A stretch of DNA of 64,000 nt from Okamejei kenojei. Its lineage: Eukaryota. Below the pieces are notes generated by a model. It saw only the letters and a list, made by a program, of their open reading frames with translations, searched no databases and was not told the origin of the DNA. The stretch is taken from positions 4,154,001 to 4,218,000 of the forward strand of contig CM069161.1 of NCBI GenBank assembly GCA_035221665.1, read 5' to 3'. The translations under genes were made by a program, and so were the position numbers. Shown in pieces: positions 51,189-63,031 of this stretch; position 1 is the stretch's first letter; the number at the start of each line of letters is the position of its first letter.

Positions 51189-54100
51189 TCTGCATATGTT
51201 TCTGCACTGGAAGGATTGTTCAACAATAATACTATGTCATTGGAAACTCAGTTACAGCTCATGTTAATATATTTATTGGTTTTTTTTTAACAGGAATAAC
51301 ATGTAAAAAGTTCAAATCTCTGATTCTGTAATTGATTGTGCTTGTGACATTTGGATCTGAAAATGCTGCCAACTTTGTAAAGGCAAAGTACAAACAAAGG
51401 AACTTTCCCTGTCATTACAACTACTATGTTTTTCGACATTCCACTAATTGTGCAGATTACTGGCATTCAGTCCATTCTCACAGAAAGATCAAAACATTCT
51501 GCCTGAGATCCTGTCTGCAATGGAGGAGGCAATAAATGGAGTCAAAAACAAAGGGTATACTACAGGGTTCATTGTTGTTTAAGAGAATACTAATGTAGCC
51601 TTACCTACTAAACCCAATGCCATTGTTCAATATAACCGTATAGGATAATCGATATTCCATGTCAATGTGAGATAGGTGTAGGTGGGAATGGGGAATGAGA
51701 AGAGAAAGGAAACACATTAATTATCACATGGTCAATTTACTTTTTAAAGTGCTTAAAAGAAATATATATTATTTAAAAGTTAGCCTTTTTTTTGGTACTA
51801 TGGTGGAATCATTTTTTAATATGTGACCATGTCAATCATACATATTAGTCAAATAACAACGTAACTCTAGTTAGATTACACTAGCAATCATCTCTGGGGT
51901 AAAATCATGCCCATTGGAAAATCCATCTTCAACCTGACATTTTTGCAACATCAGTCATGCACCAAATTATATCCCAGGTCATGCTCTAGACATTTCCTCC
52001 CTAAGTGACATTAACTGGAGCTTCTGGCTGCAACCTCTGACCTTTGATGGGCTGTCACTGAAAGAATTAGGAGTGCAATGATCAATGAGATGTCAATTAA
52101 AGGGACTCCATTCTGACAATAATGTCTTTCAGCATCTGCCATGTCAGGTCTTGATATTTGAAAGCTCATCACTGGATTTTTCAGCATTGATTGCAGCTCT
52201 TTTGTTTGATACACCAAGAAGTGCACGCTCTTCAATCCCTGCTCCATTGATCACTGCACAGTGCAGTCAGTCAAGGCAAGACTCAATCATGGCAGATTAG
52301 CTTGCAGAGTTAGCACAAATGTTTTTGAGCTTGCCCTTGTCTGCATAGATAGAATATAAAGTGCTGAAGGAACACTGCGGATCAAGCAGCATCTCTGGAG
52401 AACATGGACAGGTGATGTTTCAGGTCGGGACCTTTCTTCAGAACATCACAGAAAAGACACGGCAGCTTCTGCAGGTGCCACTATAGCATCGTCTTCCTGG
52501 TGTGATCCTCCAATGCTGCTCCACTGAATGTTTGATTTATTTGTAGGTGACTGTGGAGAGAGAGCACCGCAAACGGATACAATTTAAAGATAGTCAAATA
52601 TTTCTAAACATGGTTAAGCATCTAATAGAAACACTGAGTAGAGCAACTCACAAACTCTCTTTATTAAAGTGGCACACGTCATATCCAAAACACTCCTTCT
52701 ATCAAACATGATATTTAATAGTTATTATTTCATAGGTTTTGAAGTATTGCGAGATTAGGACACAATGTCCAATGTGTCATGTGGAACTTCTATCAACAAT
52801 AGTGACTTTTAACGTCACTATTTATTATAGTGACATAAATAAGAGTTATTTATGTAGCTTTGATTGGGTTCCCAGTTTCCCCAGGAGATTCCTTTTGTGT
52901 GAAGTTGGGGTGTGGTGCTGAGTGACAGTTAGGAATAGGAATACGTTATTGTCATATTGACTAAGCACAGTGAGATTCTTTGCTTGCTCACACAATGTTG
53001 TATCATATGGTTGATTTAATTTGGCAGTGATGTCAATGTTAATTTTTTTTTTGTTTTGAAATGTGATATTTAATCCCTTGTAGTGGAACCATTTCAATGT
53101 TAACATTGACCTACTTTGATTTGGGTTTTTTTTTCAGGGTAGGTGCATCACTGGTTAAACTTGCATTTATTGCCCATCCCTATCACGGACCGGCAGACAC
53201 TGGCGAGCCACCTTGCTGAATAGCCCTGCTTCACCTTTAGTAATGTTAAATAGTGCTGATATATGTTGGATGAAGTATTATCAGAATTTTAACATTATTC
53301 CAATTTGTAGTCGTCACCAGATGGAGGATGAAGAATTCTGGAGATCGGAGCTAAAGATTAGATCGGAGGAGCAGAAACTGCTGGCGAGATCAAAGATGGG
53401 TTTTCCATAGTTTGGACAAATCACAGAGTACAAAGTACAGCACGGAGATGCAGCTAGTAGAGCCACTGCCCCACAGTTCTTATGACCTGGTTCATCCCTG
53501 ACTCCTTCTGCTGCCTGTGTGCAGCTTGTGTTTTCTTCCTGGGAAAGATTTTAATGTAAGAGCTCAATTGAATGAGGGCGTGGAGTAAGAGGATTCTGTA
53601 AATGAGAGTTGGAACAAAGAGATGATTTTAGGTTGACTGATATGTTAGGAAACCGTAGGTCAACACAACATGCTGGAGTAACTCAGCGGCACAGGCAGCA
53701 TCTCCGCAGAGAAGGAAGGGGTGACTTTTCGGGTTGAGACCCTTCTTCAGACTGTCACTGCTCCCCCTTAGGAAACAATACTGGGTCCCCCTCACGATTA
53801 GTGATTCATACTAGTGACGTGTGAATGGATGGGTTGTAATGTATCCATGCTTCCTGATACCTAGCCAGGAAAGGTCAATTGTGAGGAGAACACAACAAGA
53901 TTGAGTTAAACAGCTGGAAAGAATAAAAGTGACCTTTATTCATTTGGGTAAGAAGGATAGAAACATGATTTTCTTGAAAACATGTGAACTACTGGGATAG
54001 ACCAAGGTGTGTTAATTCATGAACTAGCCCTGAGAATTGTGGAGGTTGACTCACTGAGCGGATTCACAGCTGAGACAGGCAGATTTTTGCATTGTCAGAG

Positions 54101-55929
54101 CAAGAGCATAGGCAGAAGAGTGGTGTCAGGCCAGGTCAGATTAGCCCTGGTCTTACAGAACCTGGAAGCTGGCACAAGGGCATGTAGTTAGGAGTCAAGT
54201 CTACACTGGCATCATTGTAAAGTGGGGGAAATGATGATGGCATTGTAAGGATTTTTTACTGGAGGTATTGAGACTGGTATTTTGATATCAATGAATTGCT
54301 AATGTATACAGATAATAAAGGGAATGAGCATGGAGTCACTGGATTGAATCTTCAAATGAAGGGGTTGTTCTCTGTGGTTATATTAGCTCACACCCACCAC
54401 AGTTTGGGAGAATGAGAGGTGATCTCACAAAAATATATAATATTCTGAGAGAGATTGTAATGTTTCCGCTGCCAGCTGAGTGCAGTACGAGGGACTATGC
54501 TTCAAAGATAATGGCGTTATCTTATTTTCATGTGCAATGAATACTTAGAATTCTTTAGCCCAGATGGCAAGAGGATAAGCAACCTCTGTGTATATTTACA
54601 TTTGAAATCAAAAGATTTTTGGAGACTGGGGTGAGAGGGAGCAGGTGGGAATGAGGACTTCTTGAGCGAATCAGCAAGGTCTGAAATCCTCATAATGCAT
54701 GGTGGGACTTTCACTGGAGATTGCAAAATGTCCATTGTCCAGAGATGTGGGGTGTATTAACAGAGTACTATTTTGAAAAAAATGTTTTTTTATTAGAAAC
54801 ACTTGTATTAAAAGATTAAAAATGACAATGTTAAGCATCAAGCTGCTCCACTGTATGGAATTTGCTGATTTCGTATTTGCTGCTTTTGCCAGTAAAAAGG
54901 GCAGATTTTTACTTGATAAGGACATGCAAAATATAGGATGTGGTTGGTGACGAGTTTCAGCTCATCATGTATGTTTTGTTGACACAGTTGGTGATAAAAT
55001 GGTTTCACTTGGATCATTTAGCTCAAAGCCCCATCAGAGCCTTGAAATAAAGAGATGAAACCCAGAGACAAGGCAGTAGTGACTGCCCATAGCATCATAA
55101 ATTCATGTTCATAAGTGATAGGAGCAGAATTAAACCCCTGTCTCACTGTGCGAGTTGGCCCACGAGTGACCCCGAGTTTTCACTCGTGGTGATCACGTAG
55201 CGGGAACGTCGGAACTCGCACGAGCAACTTATCGACTCGTGGCGCTAACGGCAGGTACGCGGGAAACTTGTTAACTCGTGAAAAAAATCAAACATGTTTG
55301 ATTTTTTCCACGAGTCAAATTAACTGTTCAAGTGTAAAATGGAAACATTTTAACTCGTTGCAATAACGTAGTGGCCCCGTGCGTTTATCTTAGTGTCTCG
55401 TAAGTGTACCGTGGGAACTTTAATAATCTGTTCTTTTGCTCGTAAGACTGAACCAAAGATAGACACAAAATGCTGGAGTTTATAACTCAGCGGACCAGGC
55501 AGCATCTCTGGAGAGAAGGAATAGAGTCGAGACCCTTCTTCAGACTTACCCGAAATGCCACCCATTCCTTCGCTCCAGAGATGCTGCCTGTCCCGCCGAG
55601 TTAACCCAGCATTGTGTGTGTCTATCTCCGGTGTGAACCAGCATCTGCAGTTCCTTCCCAATCCCACACTCTCGGCCCCGGGGGGTGGATGGAGCATCAC
55701 ACGTGGACACATCCCACCAACCACCCCAGACTTGCCCCTTCGGCAGGTCTTTAAGCCGTTCATTGAGACAGAGTGAAGCCACGGGGACAAGTGGCAGAAA
55801 GGCCGAAGATAGACACGAAATGCTGGAGTAACTCTGCGGGACAGGCTGCATCTCTGGAGCGAAGGAAAGTCTGAAGAAGGGTCTCGACTCTATTCCTTCT
55901 CTCCAGAGATGCTGCCATGTCCGCTGAGT

Positions 55930-56056
55930 TGTGTGTGTGTGTCTCTCTCCCTCTCTGTCTATCTGTGTGTATCTGTGTGTGTGCCTGCTGTCGGGTCCCG
56001 GTGGCCGCTCAAAGTCATCCGAGCTGCTTGATTCCTCTGAAGTGGTGGCCAGCTGC

Positions 56057-56092
<36 letters not shown>

Positions 56093-56780
56093 TCTCTCTC
56101 CCTCTCTGTCTATCTGTGTGTGTGTGTGTGTGTGTGTACTGTCGGGTCCTGGCGGCCGCTCAGTCACCCGCGCTGCTTATTTCCTCTGAAGTGGTGGCCA
56201 GCTNNNNNNNNNNNNNNNNNNNNNNNNNNNNNNNNNNNNNNNNNNNNNNNNNNNNNNNNNNNNNNNNNNNNNNNNNNNNNNNNNNNNNNNNNNNNNNNNN
56301 NNNNNNNNNNNNNNNNNNNNNNNNNNNNNNNNNNNNNNNNNNNNNNNNNNNNNNNNNNNNNNNNNNNNNNNNNNNNNNNNNNNNNNNNNNNNNNNNNNNN
56401 NNNNNNNNNNGCTCAGTCACCCGCGCTGCTTAATTCCTCTGAAGTGGTGGCGAGCTGCTGTCTGTGTGTATCTCTATCTGTGTGTGTGTGTGTGTGTGTG
56501 TGTGTACTGTCGGGTCCTGGCGGCCGCTCAGTCACCCGCGCTGCTTATTTCCTCTGAAGTGGTGGCCAGCTNNNNNNNNNNNNNNNNNNNNNNNNNNNNN
56601 NNNNNNNNNNNNNNNNNNNNNNNNNNNNNNNNNNNNNNNNNNNNNNNNNNNNNNNNNNNNNNNNNNNNNNNNNNNNNNNNNNNNNNNNNNNNNNNNNNNN
56701 NNNNNNNNNNNNNNNNNNNNNNNNNNNNNNNNNNNNNNNNNNNNNNNNNNCCGCTCAATGTCAGTCACCCGGGCTGCTTC
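55930..56780. repeat. Minisatellite (115-149 bp units with variable (TG)n); two N gaps
   Basis: Unit gtcacccgcgctgcttatttcctctgaagtggtggccagct...gtcgggtcctggcggccgctca at 56014, 56163, 56416, 56531; gaps 56204-56410 and 56572-56750. Confidence 0.9.
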
Positions 56781-56997
56781 CTTTTTTAAAATTATTTAAA
56801 ATAGAGATCCATTGCAAAAAAGTATTTAAAAACATAAAAAAAACAAGAAATGCTTGGTAGAATGCGCATTTTCCCATTGTAGGTCATATCAATAGATGCG
56901 GCCGCGCTGAAATAACTCAAAACCACAGGATGGAGATGTATTTTAACATTGTTGCTTTATTAAACCATACCTTCATTCACGGTTGGCTCAAGAGTAA

Positions 56998-57055
56998 CGG
57001 GAGAGGAACTTGCTAACTCGGGAGAGGAACTTGCTAACTCGGGAGAGGAACTTGC
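56998..57055. repeat. 21-bp tandem repeat, 2.8 copies
   Basis: cgggagaggaacttgctaact at 56998, 57019 and 57040 (partial). Confidence 0.92.
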
Positions 57056-58295
57056 AACATCGCAGCAATTACATACCCGTGGGAACTCGGCCACACACTT
57101 GATCATACACTTGCAGTCTCGTGGGCAGCCACGAGTCTATCACTCGGGGTACCTCGTGGGTCAACTCGCACAGTGAGACAGGGGCATTAGGCCATTCGGC
57201 CCATTAAGTCTACTCCACCATTCAATCATAGCTGATCCAAACCTCATTCTCTTGCCTACTCCCCATAACCCCTGACACCCACACTAATCAAGAATCTATC
57301 TATCTCTGCCTTAAAAATATCCATTGATTTGGTCACCAAGTCATTATATAACATCAATGAATCCAGGTGTAACTGAAATACATTGCCAAAGTGGACACAA
57401 GCATATTGTGGGAGAATCTTTATGAGGGGATTGGGGAGGGGGGTGGAGGGGCGTCATTTAAAATTAAGGTGAGAAGGAAGTTCTTGCAGAGGTTGGGGAT
57501 TATCTGGAATTTGCTATCCCAGAGGGGTGGGGATGCTGGATCATTTGGAACATAGAGCATAGTATAGCACAAGAACAGGCCCTGCAGCCCACAATGTCAG
57601 CGCCCAACACGATGCAAAGACCAACTCCTTACCTGTGAGTAATCCATATCCCTCCCATTCCCTGATAATCCTTTTACCTGTCCAAAAATCTCTTAAATGC
57701 CACGATCGTATCTGCCTCAAACACCAACCATGGCAATTTGGTTTAGGCATTCACCACCCTCTAGGCATAAAAAATTGCCCTACACATCTCCTTTAAACTT
57801 TGTCCCTCTCACCTTAAAGGTCTGTGCTCTAGTATTTGATTTTTCCATCTCGAGAAAAAGGTCCTCACTGTGTACCCAATCTCAGGCAAGTAGATAAGGA
57901 AGGAGTGTTTGGGAGCAAATGTGGTAAATAAGTAGATACAGAAGTAAATGTTTGATAGGTCATGGGGATTGAGGGCTATGGGGAACTGGCAGAGATGTGG
58001 AGATGAGGCCAGGGGTAGTTGACCCATGTAAAAAACAAGCAGTGTTAGTAAGTACAATTGGGACTGACAATATTTCAGTTGCAGTTTTCCAGAACGAATA
58101 TGCTCCTTGCCAAGTTGTTCCTGCATATTTAAATTCTGACACCCACAAATATTTGGAAAGTTGCCCAGGGATGTACTGTCAACAAAAAGCAAGAACATCC
58201 AAACAGGTAATTACTGCTCCTTCAGTCCATTAGTCAAGTGATTTTGAAGCAACATGTCACTAATAACCTGCCCACTATGTCCGTTCTATGTTTAT

Positions 58296-58605
58296 AGACA
58301 CATTAAGCTGGAGTAACTCAGCAGGACAGGCAGTATCTCTGAAGAAGGAATGAGTGATGTTTCGGGTCGAGACACTTCTTCACACTAAGAGTTTGGGGGG
58401 GAAAGGAAACAAGAGATATAGATGGGGATGCAGAGAGATATAGAAGAAATGAATGAAAGATAGGCAAAAAAGTGGCGATAATAAAGGAAACAGGCCATTG
58501 TTAGCTGTTTGCTAGGTGAGAACGAAAAGCTGGTGCATCTTGGTGGGGGAGAGATGGAGAAAGAGGGAATGCAGGAGTTACTTGAAGTTAGAGAAATCAA
58601 TATTC
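58296..58605 (-). mobile_element. Penelope-like element 3' end (ORF tail, pyrimidine-rich UTR, degenerate hammerhead, terminal arm)
   Basis: Minus strand 58604-58578 encodes NIDFSNFK*, resembling PLE ORF ends after the GIY-YIG domain; continues into the same terminal repeat seen about 20 times in the window. Confidence 0.7.
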
Positions 58606-58742
58606 TGTGTTTAGTCAGGACCTCTGAATTGCAGACCTTGTCACAAACATGGTCCAAACATGGACCTAGGAGCTGACTTCCAGAGGCAAGGTGAGAGCGG
58701 CAGTGCTTAACATCAAATCAGCATTTGACTGAGCTTAGTACA

Positions 58743-58958
58743 ATGACTTTGGGGAGTGTTTCCGTGGAGCACAATTGCCTTGGCTGACATGATCGATTGC
58801 AACTTTATGTTAGGGATGACTCCAAGTGTTGGTAAAGTTGACATCGATGGGACACAGGGGAACACACTTCATTGCTTGTAGTCATTCCTCACGTAAAGTT
58901 GTGATTAATCATCCCAACCAAGGCCATTGTGTTCCACAAAAAAAGACCCCCAAATCAT
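58743..58958. repeat. Imperfect inverted repeat (about 84-bp arms, 48-nt spacer), MITE-like
   Basis: 58743-58826 pairs with 58875-58958 at roughly three quarters identity by eye. Confidence 0.8.
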
Positions 58959-60619
58959 AGTCAAAATCATAGAATCACAGTAAGGAAAAACTCGTTCAGC
59001 CCACTAAGTCTGCACTAACCATGAAGCACCTACTGCCACTAATTCCAGTTTTTTTCCCCACATTCCCAACAATTCCCCCTGGAGTCCAGCAGTCAGCTAC
59101 TCATTAGGGGGCAATTTACTTTGGACAATTAACCTAATAATCCACATGTCTTTGGGATTGGTCTGTTAATTGGAAAAGCATCTGGCTAAAACCAGCAGAG
59201 TCACAGGGAAAACTTGCAAATTCCACACAGACAGCTCTTGAGGTCACAATGAAATCCAGGTCACTGGGGCAAGAGGCAGCTGCATCAGTAGCCACCCTCC
59301 TCAACGACGATATCCAGAATCAACCAAAATCATGTTCATTAATCGATTCCACTTATCATTCCTCAGATAAAGAAATGGTTTCTGCCTGTATGCCGTCAGA
59401 TCCAGACAAGATTTGAACACAAATAATATTTGGGAGGAAATTGATAAATGAGTAACCAGTTCTGACTAAGTAGAGGTAATCTCTTCAACTTGATATTAAG
59501 TGCCTTTATCGATACTGAGTCGACTACTATAGAGATCCTGAGGGTCATCATTGACCAGAACACGGTGTGGCCACATAAGTACTATTGCTGTGAGGCTGGT
59601 TATTCTTTGACCATGACAATTCACCAACAACCCAATGCATTTCTGGCACTTACAGAGCACAAGTGAAGGCTAGGTGAGGACAGCTTCAAACCTTCGGAAG
59701 CTCAGGTCAACAGTGCCCATTCTGACTCCATCACACAAATTCTGCACTTCCTCTTTCTGCAGCTCACTGTGAGAACAGTGTGCACTGCAGATACTCTCGG
59801 ACCCAGACAAGGCTGCCCCAAGAGCACCCCTGAAAACAGCCACCTCTATTACCTCAAAGTTAAAGGGCAGCAAGGTAGAGGAGATGCCACCAACATTGAC
59901 CCCCGATCTGAGGCTTCCAGCCAGATATAGATCTGGTGTTGGCAGCATGCAGCCATCGTGTGGAGGAGCAGCCCATATACAGACCACAGACTGCCTGCAA
60001 TACAGTCCATGGACTCAGGTTAATCACTCACTCTGATACCTGTACCCTTTCTTCAGAGACTTCTTAAAATTTAGCCAGTGTTGGGCACACTTAACATTGT
60101 AGCAGGGTTTTGTGCAACAAATAAAGCAAGGTGGTTCTTGCAGATTATAATGGAATAGTAGAAATATTTGTTTGAATTAATTGTAACATAAACATTTCTG
60201 TTTAGATTATATGTGGTAAAAGATCTGGTTCTGTATGTCTATACTAACAGAGCAATATTGCTCATCATGCCAATACATGATTCCATTCTGCACCATTTTG
60301 CAACAAGATGGTGACAAAATCTGCATCATTAGACCCTTTGTCTGAAATCACTAACAGCTGCCTCTTGCTACAGCTGGTGCAGCTCCTTGAGTTCCCCATT
60401 AATGTGAGAAAAATACAGTTAAATTGATTCTAAAAGCTCTGCTGAGGTTTTCTGAAGTGCTAGTCAGGTTAAGTGTTAACCAAATGATGTTCCATCAAGG
60501 TCGGTGATCAAAATACTGAGAGCTTCACGTAAACGTCCCTGTTTAGAATGAAAGTGCGATTCAGATGAAATAAACATATCAGGGTGTATGGATGAGTATG
60601 GTGGTCTTGGGGAGACTAA

Positions 60620-60810
60620 ATAGACAATAGGTGCAGGTGTAGACCATTCGGCCCTTCGAGCCAGCACCGCCATTCACTGTGATCATGGCTGATCATCCAC
60701 ATTCAGTACTCCGTTCCTGCCTTCTCCCCATATCCCCTGACTCTGCGATCTTTAAGAGCTCTATCTAACGCTCTCTTGAAAGCATCCAGAGAATCGGCCT
60801 CCACTGCCAA
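60620..60810 (-). mobile_element. CR1 LINE 3' end
   Basis: aatagacaataggtgcagg...ccattcggcccttcgagccagcaccgccattca; same family as 1-255. Confidence 0.85.
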
Positions 60811-61869
60811 TTAGATACACCGAGAAGTGCATCTAAAATTGAGCCTCACTGGCTTGGATCTGGTGAGCTGTGGGCAACCACTCTGGTAAAGCAGAATCAG
60901 ATTGGGGCATTTAATGCCAGCAAATGTCCTCTGGCAAGTGACAGTGAGGGGCAACAAGGAAGTGAAGAGGCAACCAGGTAAAAGGAGCAATTGGGACTGA
61001 TTGGATGTGACTAGAAAGTGAGGGAAGAGGGATTGGTTGGGAAGAGGGCAATTAGGAATGGGATTTGGTGACTTGGAGGGGAGCACGAGAAAGTAGTGGC
61101 TGCAACAGGAAAGGAGGATTGGTGACTGAAAATGTTTGACCAAGAAGCTACAGAGTGGAGCTGATTAGGAAGGCAGATAACTGGGTAACAGGGCTTTGGG
61201 AATTTGGGTGTTATGGGAAGAGTGGGGTTGGGGTTGTTGGTGATGGGTAGTGGAAGGATGGATGTCAATTGGAGGAGCAGTGATTGGCCTCTTGTGCACA
61301 AAGGCCTGTTTTGGGTATAGGCAGTGAGTGAGACTCTCTCGTCCTTACTACTATAAGGGGGGAGGGGGACATACACTTCCTGGCTGCCATATTGTAGCTA
61401 GCAAGCTACACTCATCTGAGAAACACCCAAGTTTTAGGGCAAACTTTGTCAGTCTCTTATGGATACTTAGTGGTGAGATAATTATTGGGAATTGCTATTT
61501 GGGATGGAATATTTGAAATTAAGTAACTTTTTCAAAAACTCCCTATATCCTAAGAAGCATACAACAATAATTATTATTGTCTAATTTGCAGAGTTTGAAA
61601 ACAGCCCATCCATCTACAGGGCCACACATTTGGAGAAAGATTGTTCATAATTCACCAATGAACTTTGGAAAGGCCACAGTTGGCAACAATCAGGTCGTAA
61701 GATAACAACATATCCATAGAGACTGCAAATGGCACATTGGTGATCACTTTGGCATAATAAAGAGAGAATGTCACAATTGCAATGTCATGATTCTGATAAA
61801 GTCTTGGTGATTCTTGCCTCTGTAGGATTCAGTGAAGCCCTAATTGGGAGCTTAATTGGATCTCTGATG

Positions 61870-63031
61870 AACAATAGACCCTAGCCCTATAATCCAGACA
61901 CTCTCCCAGGGAGCTGAAGGAATCATTGGCACAGATCCAAGGACATCCTACAAGTATGCCTACACTGTAGGGAGCTGCAGTAATGACTGGTACACTCCCA
62001 GGAATCCTCAATAAATTATGGTACTCTTCCAGGGATCTTGAATTATTGAAACACACACCCAGTAACTTTCAAGTATTGCCACATTTCAGAGAGTTTCTAT
62101 AATTTTGGCTCCCATCCAGAGATCTCTTATATGTGAGGACACTCCTCTAGGATTCACATAATAACCAGAATGTTCCCAGAGATTCTCCATCTCTGTTTCA
62201 GAAAAGACAGTGTTAGATAGTCAAAGGCAACATGCTACAATGGCATTAGCATTATCAAAGAATCTGTTTGGTTTCTCTGTGAATACAGAAAAGCAGAACC
62301 ATTTGTAGACGAATGGACTGAAATTCAATGATTTTGGAGACTTGCAAAAGTTGGGATTCCTCTTAAATATCTTTCAGTTTTTATGTCGACCAGGTATGGC
62401 AGACATTTAGCATCTTATGACCAGCGTGAGTCACAGGTTAAGCACATATTTTATTGCATTTTCTAAAGCTTGTTTTATTGGACAGATATCACACAGTGAA
62501 AGAGGTTTGCCTGAAAGCCGTTCTTTCTCTGTTATTGGCATTCTGATGAAAGATGAAGGAGAAACACCAATAGAAGCAAGTTTTGAAAAGAATCATAATT
62601 TCCCCTTTCTTGAGTTATGAATCAGGCCAGGTGGCTTGTCGAAGACCCTGGAATTCAAGTTTGTTATTTAGCTGGTCGAAGAGACCCGGTTGAACATGGG
62701 AAAACTTGGAATATTGCTTCCAGTCTGTGTGGTAGAGATCTGGTTGGAAATAATCAGTGTGCCAGGTGGCACAAGAATAAAACTAAAGAACTTTTATTTA
62801 GCTACTAGTTTATCATTTGATTATTGGAATTCATATGTGAAGAAGAGGTGCTAATCTCATACAGACTATTTGTTTAGACCCTTCAGGTGGGTATTCAAAC
62901 TTTAGCATAAAATCTCAGGAAATAACATATGGCTTAGAGGCAATTATATCAAACTCAAAGGGTTACAGAACAAGGATAGCCTGCAAGCGTTGCCCTATAA
63001 TCTCTTGAGTTTGATCCCTTCAAGAATGTTT
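61870..63031 (+). pseudogene. PB1: Candidate endogenous viral element: decayed Articulavirales (orthomyxo-/amnoon-like) PB1 RNA polymerase, N-terminal half
   Basis: Collinear translated motifs PYNPD, SQG......D...SYKY, PSNF, SHPEI, QHATMALALSKNLF, ERGLPESR.....G, GGLSK, DLVGNNQC, FRWV, LRGNY, LPYNLLSLIPSRMF; several frameshifts and stops. Compared by eye with recalled influenza A, ISAV and TiLV PB1. Confidence 0.78.

Larger units (their letters stand above)
55133..57186. mobile_element. Non-autonomous PIF/Harbinger-type DNA transposon with nested repeats
   Basis: 43-bp TIRs (55135-55177, 57142-57184; 3 mismatches); TTA duplicated at 55130-55132 and 57187-57189; splits a CR1 tail (ataggagcagaatta|ggccattcggccc). 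Confidence 0.85.

Noticed and set aside
55930-57055. Repeat-spacer pattern resembling a CRISPR array
   Set aside because: Spacers are microsatellite or identical, no cas genes, eukaryotic context.
60810-61376. Minus-strand ORFs of 110-121 aa
   Set aside because: Low-complexity purine-rich tract giving Pro/Leu/Ser-biased translations.
62490-62620. Reading ERGLPESRSFS as the Mononegavirales L motif KERELK..GRFFS
   Set aside because: Flanking motifs fit PB1 order and spacing much better.
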